DNA from: Eubacteriales bacterium
GTDB taxonomy: Bacteria; Bacillota; Clostridia; Oscillospirales; JAAYXM01
DNA: 64,000 nt
Direction: 5' to 3'
NCBI GenBank assembly: GCA_045539475.1
Contig: JAZQFJ010000045.1
Coordinates: 2,024-66,023 of the forward strand
Each line of letters opens with the position of its first letter. The stretch's first letter is position 1. Positions 18,941-27,352 of this stretch are shown here, piece by piece. The position numbers were made by a program, and so were the translations under genes. A model generated the notes under the pieces. That model was not told where the DNA came from. It made no database searches and saw nothing but the letters and a program-made list of their open reading frames with translations.

Positions 18941-18982
18941 AAAAAAGTCACTTTTGTCTATCAAGACAAAGGTGACTTTTTT
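18941..18982 (+). terminator. Rho-independent terminator after the distal tRNA-end copy
   Basis: aaaagtcacttttgtct-atca-agacaaaggtgactttt followed by a T-run. Confidence 0.75.
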
Positions 18983-19086
18983 AAATGTTGTTTGCCTGCG
19001 GCAAATGATGTTGGCGTTGCCAATGATGTTCGATTCGCGAATGATGTGTGCCTTGCGGCAGGATTTTGCATATTTTACTGTTATTC

Positions 19087-20451
19087 TTATATCTTAAATA
19101 TTCCGAATGCATCAAGAACAGACGATACAAGGATGAGAACGATGCATATAGGTGCAACGTACTTTATAATCACCTCAAAAAGTCTCCTCTTCTTGAACTT
19201 AGAATTAAGCTCAACTTCTTCAATAACTGTTTTCGGCTTAATTACATAACCTACAAAGATGCAGGTAAGGAAAGCAACTATCGGCATAAGCACGCTGTTG
19301 CTTATGAAATCGAAGAAGTCAAGGAACTGAAGACCGATGATCGTGACATTTCCGAGCGGTCCGTAGCCGAGCGAGGAAAGAAGCCCGAGCGCAACGGAGA
19401 AGACGAACACGACAAGGCATGAAAGCTTGCGGGAAAGCTTCGTCTTATCACAAACTATGGAAACAACTGTTTCAAACAATGAAATGGACGATGTGAGCGC
19501 CGCAAAAAGAACGAGAAGGAAGAACGCAATGCCGACAACCGTTCCGGCAGGCATCGTCTCAAAGACCTTCGGAAGTGTTACGAACATAAGGCTCGGACCC
19601 TTACCGAGAGCCTCGGGGGTTCCGCCGGAGAATACGAACACAGCCGGGATAATCATAAGACCTGCAAGAACCGCGATGCCCGTATCGAAAATCTCTATCT
19701 GGGAAACGGAGGATTCGAGGTTAACATCCTTCTTCATATATGAGCCGTAGGTTATCATAATTCCCATCGCAAGAGACATTGAGTAGAAAAGCTGCCCCAT
19801 AGCGGCAAGAACCGTTGTTGCGGAGAATTTTGAAAGGTCCGGAAGGAGATAGTACTTAACGCCTTCTAGTGCGCCCGGCATACATACCGAATAAACCGCA
19901 ATAACAATTGAGAGTACAACAAGAATCGGCATCATAACCTTTGATACCTTCTCTATGCCCTTTTCAACGCCGCAGAGAACAACAATCGCAGTTATTCCGA
20001 TAAAGGCAAGGAACCAAAAAATCGGTTCTCCGGTCTGTGAGATAAAGCCGGTAAAATAAGAATCACCTGCAGCTGCACCGGCGCCGCCGCTTGCAAACGC
20101 ATAAAGATACTTCGTTACCCAGCCGCCTATTACGGAATAATACGGCAGAATAATCGCCGGAATAATCGCCGCGATGTATCCGATGAATGAATACTTTTTG
20201 TTAAGCGCGCGGTATGCACCAATTGCTGAAAGACCCGTTTTTCTTCCGATTGCAATTTCTGCCGTCATCAGCGCAAAGCCGAAGGTAATCGCAAGAAGGA
20301 TGTATACAAGGAGAAAAATGCCGCCGCCGTATTTCGCAGCGAGATACGGGAATCTCCATATATTACCAAGCCCGACTGCCGAGCCCGCAGCAGCAAGAAC
20401 AAAGCCTATCTTGCCGGTAAAGCTGCTTCTGTTTTCGTTTGACATACTCAT
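19087..20451 (-). CDS. Sodium-dependent transporter, neurotransmitter:sodium symporter (NSS/SNF) family
   Basis: Signature GLGNIWRFPYLAAKYGGG. Polytopic, 454 aa. Confidence 0.9.
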   Translation of the reverse strand: MSMSNENRSSFTGKIGFVLAAAGSAVGLGNIWRFPYLAAKYGGGIFLLVYILLAITFGFALMTAEIAIGRKTGLSAIGAYRALNKKYSFIGYIAAIIPAIILPYYSVIGGWVTKYLYAFASGGAGAAAGDSYFTGFISQTGEPIFWFLAFIGITAIVVLCGVEKGIEKVSKVMMPILVVLSIVIAVYSVCMPGALEGVKYYLLPDLSKFSATTVLAAMGQLFYSMSLAMGIMITYGSYMKKDVNLESSVSQIEIFDTGIAVLAGLMIIPAVFVFSGGTPEALGKGPSLMFVTLPKVFETMPAGTVVGIAFFLLVLFAALTSSISLFETVVSIVCDKTKLSRKLSCLVVFVFSVALGLLSSLGYGPLGNVTIIGLQFLDFFDFISNSVLMPIVAFLTCIFVGYVIKPKTVIEEVELNSKFKKRRLFEVIIKYVAPICIVLILVSSVLDAFGIFKI

Positions 20452-20531
20452 CTATCCTTTTCTGTAATATGATACTATATTCTACCATATTCTCTGCCAT
20501 AATACAAGCATTTTCTTGTTTTTAACGAGTT

Positions 20532-20562
20532 AAAACTCCCTGTGCAAAAGCACAGGGAGTTT
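20532..20562 (-). terminator. Hairpin terminator downstream of tRNA-Arg
   Basis: aaaactccctgtgc-aaaa-gcacagggagtttt, a perfect 14-bp stem flanked by A/T runs (potentially bidirectional). Confidence 0.8.
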
Positions 20563-20637
20563 TGGCACCCGCAACAGGAATCGAACCTGTAACTAACCCT
20601 TAGGAGGGGTTTATTATATCCATTTAACTATGCAGGC
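20563..20637 (-). tRNA. tRNA-Arg (anticodon CCU), CCA encoded
   Basis: The reverse complement GCCTGCATAGTTAAATGGATATAATAAACCCCTCCTAAGGGTTAGTTACAGGTTCGATTCCTGTTGCGGGTGCCA folds as a cloverleaf. Anticodon loop CTCCTAA, T-arm ACAGG-TTCGATT-CCTGT. Confidence 0.85.
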
Positions 20638-20711
20638 AATTACCTATATAATTTTAATACACATCAGCCAACTTGTCAAGTAAGTCGGCTGATGTTTTTT
20701 GTATTCAGCGT

Positions 20712-22103
20712 TCAGTTTTCTTTTTTTTGATTTTTGAGCAAAAGCCCAAGCGTCATAAACACGGCAAATACGATGAGATACCACACGCACGCAAGCTTAT
20801 GTGCGCGCACCGTTGCATAAATCATAAACGCAGATGCGCAAACCGCAAGCGCCGGAACAACAAATCTCCGCAGCGCGTTTTCGTCTTTTGCCTTTCTCAT
20901 CCACGCAATGAATATTGGAATATACAGTGCATACATCGTAAGAATCGGAAGCTCCGTCGGGTCAAACACCAAAAATCCTACGCCGTCACCCGCAATGTTT
21001 GTGAAATAAAAATAAGCATACCACAGAACAACGCAGATAAGACCGAACACGGACGAATTTGTTGCCATATTCGTGTCCTCGTCAATTGTTTTGAATATGT
21101 GCGGTGCCGGACCCTCTTCGCGCACCGCAAGAGAATACGCTCCGCGGCTGCAGCCGAGCATAAGTCCGTTAAGCGTACCTATGCACGATATTGCGATAAA
21201 CAGATTGAGAATATTACCGAAAACGTTCCCGAAAAGATTTGTAAATGCAACTGTTGCGCCATGGTCGATCAGCTCGCGGTTTGTCGCACCTCCCGCAACT
21301 CCCACAAAATACAAAACATAAACACTGATTATAATAATACACCCTGCAATCAGCGCAATAGGAAGGTTTCTCTTTGAATTTTTAAGCTCGGAATTGATTG
21401 ATGTAGCAATTATCCAGCCTTCATATGCAAACGCCGTGGCGCACACCGATGCAAGCAGCGGATTATCAACAACCGAAACGCCCGCAGCGGGTGTTGTGAA
21501 GTTATGTGCAAGCCCGCCGGTTGCAATGCCGTATATTATTCCGCCAACCGCCATAACGCCGAGCGGCACGAGCTTTATAAGCGTTGTGCTCACCTGCAGC
21601 TTTCCGGCAAGGCGCGGAGAAAGCGCATTTACGGAAAAGGCAAGAATCATAAATAACATAGCAAGCACCATGCATTCCGGTCCCACGGCACAGCCACCCT
21701 CTGCCGCCGGAATCAGAAGCGGGAAATCCGGATTTACGGAGGTTATGAAAACAAGCGTATATCGCGCCGAAAGCCATGCAAGTGCCATTGTGAGGGTGGG
21801 ATAGTAAAACGTTGCGAGAAACCACCCGATGAAATATGCATAATTTTTTCCGAGCGTTGCCTCGGCATAGTCTACAATACCGTTTACCTTTTCATATTTC
21901 TGCGCCATAGATGAAAAAGCGAGTACACAAAAAAGCATTACAAAGCCGCCGATTATCCACGCAATTATGCCCAGCGGCATATTTCCGCCCGTCTTTTCCA
22001 GAATTTCCTGTGCTTTAAAGAATACACCGCTGCCGATAACTATTCCGACAACAAGACAAATCGCCGTGAACAGCCCGTAGCGTCTCTCAAACTGATTGCT
22101 CAT
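20712..22103 (-). CDS. Amino acid permease (APC superfamily)
   Basis: N-terminus YGLFTAICLVVGIVIGSGVFFKA. 463 aa, about 12 TM segments. Confidence 0.85.
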   Translation of the reverse strand: MSNQFERRYGLFTAICLVVGIVIGSGVFFKAQEILEKTGGNMPLGIIAWIIGGFVMLFCVLAFSSMAQKYEKVNGIVDYAEATLGKNYAYFIGWFLATFYYPTLTMALAWLSARYTLVFITSVNPDFPLLIPAAEGGCAVGPECMVLAMLFMILAFSVNALSPRLAGKLQVSTTLIKLVPLGVMAVGGIIYGIATGGLAHNFTTPAAGVSVVDNPLLASVCATAFAYEGWIIATSINSELKNSKRNLPIALIAGCIIIISVYVLYFVGVAGGATNRELIDHGATVAFTNLFGNVFGNILNLFIAISCIGTLNGLMLGCSRGAYSLAVREEGPAPHIFKTIDEDTNMATNSSVFGLICVVLWYAYFYFTNIAGDGVGFLVFDPTELPILTMYALYIPIFIAWMRKAKDENALRRFVVPALAVCASAFMIYATVRAHKLACVWYLIVFAVFMTLGLLLKNQKKEN

Positions 22104-22123
22104 ATTTTATACCCATTCCTGAA

Positions 22124-22966
22124 TTATTTTTTAGGGAGCGCAAATTTCCGCTCTGCAGAAGCTTTTATAACTATCTCTTTTCCCGTTACGGGGTGAACAA
22201 AGCCCAGTGCCGATGCGTGAAGCCCGAGCCTTCCGACAGGATTTGAAGACGAGCCGTATTTCTTATCCCCGACAACAGGGTTCCCAAGCTCCTTCATATG
22301 CACACGGATCTGATTTTTGCGCCCGGTCTGTAACCTTACGCGCACAAGCGAAAATCCCGCCCGCTCGCTTATCACTTCATAATCTGTTATTGCTCGCTTA
22401 CCCTCACGCGCGGAGTACATAACGTGCGCACGGTTTTCCGCAATAAAGCTGTCACATCTCCCCTTCTTCTTATCAAAGCTTCCCTCACATATTGCAAGAT
22501 ATTCACGAAGGCTTATGCGCTCATTCCAATCCTCCTGCAGTGCATCACGAATCTTCGCGCTCTTCGCAAAAAGAAGGACACCCGACGTGTCACGGTCAAG
22601 ACGGTGAACAACGAAAATATCCCCGCGCCGCATTTCGGAAAGCGCGACGTACGCCGTGCGGATTTTCTCTCCGTCGGTTGCAACGGTAAGCAGCCCAGCC
22701 GGCTTGTTTACCGCGAGAAGATATTCATCCTCGTATATTATCTGAAGTCCGCGCTTTGTCTGCGTTCCCTCTCCAAGCAGTATTTTGACGCTATCTCCCT
22801 CTCTTAACGGATGGTTGAATTTCGTCGTGACAACACCGTTTACAAGCACCTGCCGGTGTTCAAGATAGGATTTCACTTTTCCCCGCGGAAGATTTTTCAG
22901 TTCTTCATACAAAAGCTTTAAAAGCTCACCGTCGGATGATATATTAATTATAATGTCCCTTTTCAC
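22124..22966 (-). CDS. RluA-family pseudouridine synthase with N-terminal S4 domain
   Basis: Catalytic motif HRLDRDTSGVLLFAKS and KNQIRVH. Confidence 0.85.
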   Translation of the reverse strand: MKRDIIINISSDGELLKLLYEELKNLPRGKVKSYLEHRQVLVNGVVTTKFNHPLREGDSVKILLGEGTQTKRGLQIIYEDEYLLAVNKPAGLLTVATDGEKIRTAYVALSEMRRGDIFVVHRLDRDTSGVLLFAKSAKIRDALQEDWNERISLREYLAICEGSFDKKKGRCDSFIAENRAHVMYSAREGKRAITDYEVISERAGFSLVRVRLQTGRKNQIRVHMKELGNPVVGDKKYGSSSNPVGRLGLHASALGFVHPVTGKEIVIKASAERKFALPKK

Positions 22967-22972
22967 TTTCTC

Positions 22973-23341
22973 TTACTCCTCAATATGCTCCATACCCATT
23001 TTTATAATTGTACGCACATGGTCATCTGCAAGCGAATAAAAAACGCTTTTCCCCTCCCTGCGGCTCTTTACAAGCTTTGCCCGCTTAAGTGCATTTAACT
23101 GATGCGATACGGCAGAGCTTGTCATGCCCAGTGCTTCGGCGAGGTCGCAAGTGCACACCTCTGCCTCGAAGAGTACGAATAGAATTTTCATACGGGTAGA
23201 GTCACCGAACATTTTAAAGAGCTCGGCGAGGTCAAAAAGCTTTTCATCGGCAGGCATTTCTTTTGCTATAACCGCAAGAAGCTCGCTGTGGACCTCCGAA
23301 ACCTCGCACCTCTCATTTTCAAAATCATTGTTCATTTGCAT
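22973..23341 (-). CDS. ArsR/SmtB-family metal-sensing repressor
   Basis: FGDSTRMKILFVLFEAEVCTCDLAEALGMTSSAVSHQLNALKRAKLVKSRREGKSVFYSL. Confidence 0.85.
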   Translation of the reverse strand: MQMNNDFENERCEVSEVHSELLAVIAKEMPADEKLFDLAELFKMFGDSTRMKILFVLFEAEVCTCDLAEALGMTSSAVSHQLNALKRAKLVKSRREGKSVFYSLADDHVRTIIKMGMEHIEE

Positions 23342-23359
23342 TTTTCCACCCTTTCTTGC

Positions 23360-24925
23360 TTAAATATTCTTCACATACAGCGCCCGCACGGCATTAAGCA
23401 CAGCAAGCACCATAACTCCAACATCCGCAAATATTGCAAGCCACATATTCGCGATACCGAACACGCCGAGAATAAGGCATAATGCCTTTATACCTATCGA
23501 AAAATATATATTCTGATAAACTATTCCCATGCACTTGCGGGAAATTCTTATAGCCTTCGCTATCTTTTCGGGGTTGTCGTCCATAAGAACAACATCCGCC
23601 GCCTCAATCGCCGCATCTGAGCCAAGCGCACCCATAGCTATGCCTGCATCAACACGCGCAAGGACCGGCGCATCGTTTATCCCATCACCGACAAATGCAA
23701 CCGCTTCTCCTTTTTTCTTTTCTGCAAGAAGCTTTTCACATATGCTGACCTTATCCGCAGGAAGAAGCTCGCTGTACGCCTCGTCAATACCTATTTCAGA
23801 AGCGACCTTCACGACAACGCTCTTTTTATCTCCGCTGAGCATAACTGTTTTCTTGACGCCGGATGCTTTAAGTGCAGATATCGCCGATTTTGCTTCCGGC
23901 TTTATCTCTTCAAAAACTTCATCCGAAAACTTTTTTCCGGTAAGCGTTCCTGTTTTATCAAAGGCAATATATTTTACCTTTGCAAGCGTTTCAAGATAAT
24001 CTGATCCCTTGATAAGCACTCCGGTACGGCTTGCTCCACCAATACCTGCAAAAAAGCTAAGAGGTATGCTTATAACAAGCGCACACGGACACGATATTAC
24101 AAGAAACGTAAGCGCGCGGTATATCCACACACCGGTCTCCGCCGGAAGATTCAATACAAAACTCCTGAAAAGCGGCGGAATAATGCACAGCGCAAGCGCC
24201 GAAAAACAAACTGCGGGTGTATAATACTTTGCAAATCTCGTAATAAACCGTTCCGAACGTGCCTTGCTCATCCCTGCATTTTCCGCAAGCTCTGAGATTT
24301 TCGCCGCAGTGCAGCTGTGAAATTCGCACGTTGTCTGCACATATAAATCACCCGAAAGATTTACACAACCGCTCAGGACGCTGTCTCCGGATGCCACACT
24401 GCGCGGCGCACTCTCGCCGGTAAGCGCGGCGGCATCAAGCGAGGACTGCCCGCTTACAACAACGCCGTCTATCGGGATTTTCTCTCCTGCGCGGACAAGA
24501 ATAACCGTTCCGGTTTCCACCTCATCCGGCGAAACCGTAATAATTTCTCCGTTTTCGTTCTTAATGTTTGCAGAATCCGGCCGTATATCCATAAGAGAAG
24601 AAATGCTCCTGCGGCTTTTCCCGACGGCATAGCTCTGAAAGAGCTCTCCGATCTGATAAAAAAGCATAACCGCAACGCCCTCGGCATATTCCCCGAGAGC
24701 TATCGCGCCGACGGTTGCAACCGCCATAAGAAAATTCTCATCAAACGGCTCACGGTTTTTCACACCGCGGACCGCTCCCAAAAGTATATCGTAGCCTGCA
24801 ACCGTGTACGGTATTAAGAATATCACAAGTCTGCCCCATCCGTCAAGCGGAATGATGTGTGCTGCAATAAGAAGCGCCGACGCGCATATTATGCGTGCCA
24901 GTCTCTTTTTCTGTTTTCTGTTCAT
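23360..24925 (-). CDS. P1B-type heavy-metal ATPase lacking the nucleotide-binding (N) domain; possibly degenerate
   Basis: CPC motif (SCPCALVIS), phosphorylation site FDKTGTLT, and hinge VGDGINDAP. Only about 13 residues separate DKTGTLT from the region that normally follows the ~120-aa N-domain. ATG 24925 is my preferred start; the ORF track starts at TTG 24940. Confidence 0.7.
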   Translation of the reverse strand: MNRKQKKRLARIICASALLIAAHIIPLDGWGRLVIFLIPYTVAGYDILLGAVRGVKNREPFDENFLMAVATVGAIALGEYAEGVAVMLFYQIGELFQSYAVGKSRRSISSLMDIRPDSANIKNENGEIITVSPDEVETGTVILVRAGEKIPIDGVVVSGQSSLDAAALTGESAPRSVASGDSVLSGCVNLSGDLYVQTTCEFHSCTAAKISELAENAGMSKARSERFITRFAKYYTPAVCFSALALCIIPPLFRSFVLNLPAETGVWIYRALTFLVISCPCALVISIPLSFFAGIGGASRTGVLIKGSDYLETLAKVKYIAFDKTGTLTGKKFSDEVFEEIKPEAKSAISALKASGVKKTVMLSGDKKSVVVKVASEIGIDEAYSELLPADKVSICEKLLAEKKKGEAVAFVGDGINDAPVLARVDAGIAMGALGSDAAIEAADVVLMDDNPEKIAKAIRISRKCMGIVYQNIYFSIGIKALCLILGVFGIANMWLAIFADVGVMVLAVLNAVRALYVKNI

Positions 24926-24936
24926 GCTGTGAACCC

Positions 24937-25155
24937 TCAAAAATAAATTTCGCAGTCACGCTCTATCTTGCGGCAAGCTGAGAGCACGTTTTTCATAACG
25001 ACACTGACCTCTGCACCGTCGTCAAATTCCACCTGCATCTTCAATGCCATAAAATTGACAACTGCGCTCTTTACTCCTTCTGTCTTATTTGCCGCTTCCT
25101 CCATTTTGTTCGCGCAGTTTGCGCAGTCAACCTCAATTTTATAAGTCTTTGTCAT
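24937..25155 (-). CDS. Stand-alone heavy-metal-associated (HMA) domain protein
   Basis: MTKTYKIEVDCANCANKMEEAA... (CxxC). GGAGG RBS before ATG 25155. Its stop overlaps the ATPase ORF in a different frame at a T5 run. Confidence 0.75.
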   Translation of the reverse strand: MTKTYKIEVDCANCANKMEEAANKTEGVKSAVVNFMALKMQVEFDDGAEVSVVMKNVLSACRKIERDCEIYF

Positions 25156-25182
25156 ATCATATAACCTCCACGAATGTTTTAT

Positions 25183-25202
25183 GATTGAACAATTATTCAA
25201 TC
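25183..25202 (-). promoter_or_regulatory. Candidate ArsR-type operator
   Basis: Inverted repeat GATTGAA-caatta-TTCAATC, immediately downstream of the -10 of the HMA/ATPase promoter. Confidence 0.5.
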
Positions 25203-25212
25203 GTTTTATTAT

Positions 25213-25241
25213 ATGATATCACGCCTGTCGAATATTGTCAA
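25213..25241 (-). promoter_or_regulatory. Promoter of the HMA-ATPase-ArsR operon
   Basis: Minus strand: TTGACA, 17 nt, TATCAT. Confidence 0.55.
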
Positions 25242-25320
25242 GTAAAAAAATACTGTCTCAACGACCGCATAATCTCATTTACTAAGGTATGCTCATTGAA
25301 ACAGTATTTTAAATAATATT

Positions 25321-26328
25321 TTACAGTATAATAGCGTTGCTCTCAAGTGCACGGACAAGAAGCTTTGCCGCCGTTTCCGCATCCTCAAGGTCAGCAACCT
25401 CATTCGGTGAATGCATATAACGAACGGGAACGCTGATTCCACCCGTCGGAATTCCGTTTCTCGTAAGGTGGATGCTTCCCGCATCCGTACCGCCGACTGT
25501 TATGACATCGCGCTGATACGAAATCTTGTTTTCCTCGGCACACCGGATAAGTGCGGAAACTATAGCAGGATGCGCAATTGCCGCCTTGTCCATTATCTTT
25601 ATCGCGGCACCACCGCCCATTTTTACTTCGCTGTATCCGTCAAAGCCCGGGGTGTCGCAAGCATCGGTAACGTCAAGCACAATTGCAAAATCGACATCCG
25701 TCGCATACGCCGCTGTTTTCGCACCGCGGCAACCCACCTCTTCCTGCACAGAAAATGATGCATACACATCAAGGTCACAATCCGAAAGCGATATTATCGT
25801 ATAAAGCGCAACAGCACAGCCTATACGATTATCAAGATACGGAGCCGCAATTTTTTTGCCCGGAAGCTCGCGCAAGCCTCCTGCAAATACCGCAGCATCG
25901 CCCGGGAGAACATATTTTCTCGCCTGCGCTTCGTCTTTTGCACCGATATCAATGAAAAACGAGCTCATTTTTCTGTCCTTGAGCGCTATTTTCTGCTCAT
26001 ATGAAATCGTTCCCGGCGTTCCGTCAAGAAACTCTACCGGCGTATTGTGAAGCTCGGGAACAGGCACACCGCCGAGTGCATCAAAACGTATAAATCCCTT
26101 TTCGTCAACATATGTTGCAAGAAATCCGGTCGTGTCCATATGCGCGTCCAAAAGCACACGCTTTCCTACACCGGAGCGGCGCACAACGAGGTTTCCGAGC
26201 GCATCGGTGCAATGTGTAAGCCCGGCTTCCTCTGCCATTTCTGCAATAACACGTGCCATTTCCCCTTCAAAGCCTGATGGTGATTTGACCGTGTACATCT
26301 TTTTCAGAATATCCGTTATACTAAGCAT
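25321..26328 (-). CDS. M42-family metallopeptidase (glutamyl aminopeptidase / FrvX-like), paralog 3
   Basis: LDAHMDTTGF, DNRIGCAV, VQEEVGCRGA. I prefer ATG 26328 (GAGGAGG RBS; ATG overlaps the upstream TAG). The ORF track starts at 26346. Confidence 0.85.
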   Translation of the reverse strand: MLSITDILKKMYTVKSPSGFEGEMARVIAEMAEEAGLTHCTDALGNLVVRRSGVGKRVLLDAHMDTTGFLATYVDEKGFIRFDALGGVPVPELHNTPVEFLDGTPGTISYEQKIALKDRKMSSFFIDIGAKDEAQARKYVLPGDAAVFAGGLRELPGKKIAAPYLDNRIGCAVALYTIISLSDCDLDVYASFSVQEEVGCRGAKTAAYATDVDFAIVLDVTDACDTPGFDGYSEVKMGGGAAIKIMDKAAIAHPAIVSALIRCAEENKISYQRDVITVGGTDAGSIHLTRNGIPTGGISVPVRYMHSPNEVADLEDAETAAKLLVRALESNAIIL

Positions 26329-27352
26329 TAAGCATTTCCTCCTCACAGTTTATAAGCTCACGCGAAAGCTTAAGCACCGCTTCCATATCCCGCACATCCG
26401 CAACGCTTGACGGCGAATGGATGTACCTTGTTGCAAGAGAAAGCGATGTTGTTCTCACTCCTCCGCGCGATACGTGGATACGGCTTGCATCCGTTCCTCC
26501 CGCAACGCGGGATTTCATCTGCCACTTTATCCCTTTTTCCTCTGCTATGCCGCGCAGAAGCGAAAACATCTTTTTGTCATAAATTGTTCCGCCGTCCATA
26601 CAGCCTATTACAGCACCCTCTCCCGGTGCGCATACGCGCATTGCGCCTTCCGATGACGGAATATCCGCAGCAGTTGTCCCCTCAAGCACAAGTGCAAAAG
26701 CCGGAGACAGAGAATACGCCGCAACGGTTGCACCGCGGCAGCCCACCTCTTCCTGAACGGTGAATACAAACCACGTATCGTATAGAAGCTCTTCCTTTAT
26801 AAGCTGAATCATAACCGCACAGCCAAAGCGGTCATCAAGCGCGCGCGCCTTGATTTTATGCTCGCCAAGCATTTTGACATCGCTGTCAAACACGCCATAA
26901 TCCCCGGGGCGTACTATCCGCTCTGCCTTTGCCTTTTTCTCGCATCCGATATCAATGCAAAGCTCCGAAAGCTTCGGCGCCTTTTTTCTCTCTTCGCGAG
27001 TGGTAAGGTGAACCGCACGCATTCCTATAACGCCCGGAATACCTTTTTCCCCCACAAAAACACGCTTACCGATAACCACGCGGCGGTCAACTCCGCCCAC
27101 AAAGTCAAATTTGAGATATCCGTCCGAGGTGATCTCCTTTATTATAATTCCCACCTCATCCATATGCGCACACACCATAAAAGGCTTTTTGCGTCTCTTT
27201 TGTCCTTTTTTCAGAACAAACAGGTTTCCGATTGAATCCTCGCGGATTTCGTCGGCGCACTCTGCAACACACTCGCGCACAAATTCACGCACCTTTTCCT
27301 CATCGCCGGAAGCGCCGGGTATTGTGCACAGCTTCTTCAATGTCTCAATCAC
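26321..27352 (-). CDS. M42-family metallopeptidase, paralog 2
   Basis: CAHMDEVG, DDRFGCAV, VQEEVGCRGA. GTG start in a GTGA overlap with the upstream stop. Confidence 0.85.
   Translation of the reverse strand: MIETLKKLCTIPGASGDEEKVREFVRECVAECADEIREDSIGNLFVLKKGQKRRKKPFMVCAHMDEVGIIIKEITSDGYLKFDFVGGVDRRVVIGKRVFVGEKGIPGVIGMRAVHLTTREERKKAPKLSELCIDIGCEKKAKAERIVRPGDYGVFDSDVKMLGEHKIKARALDDRFGCAVMIQLIKEELLYDTWFVFTVQEEVGCRGATVAAYSLSPAFALVLEGTTAADIPSSEGAMRVCAPGEGAVIGCMDGGTIYDKKMFSLLRGIAEEKGIKWQMKSRVAGGTDASRIHVSRGGVRTTSLSLATRYIHSPSSVADVRDMEAVLKLSRELINCEEEMLNA

Noticed and set aside
18878-19249. 123-aa ORF giving the repeated peptide AANDVGVANDVRFANDV
   Set aside because: This is an artefact of translating the triple AATGATGT DNA repeat. 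The ORF crosses a terminator and runs antisense into the NSS transporter gene.
20673-21377. 234-aa plus-strand ORF inside the APC permease gene
   Set aside because: It is antisense to a well-supported transporter gene, and its translation is Arg/Lys/Cys/His-rich nonsense.
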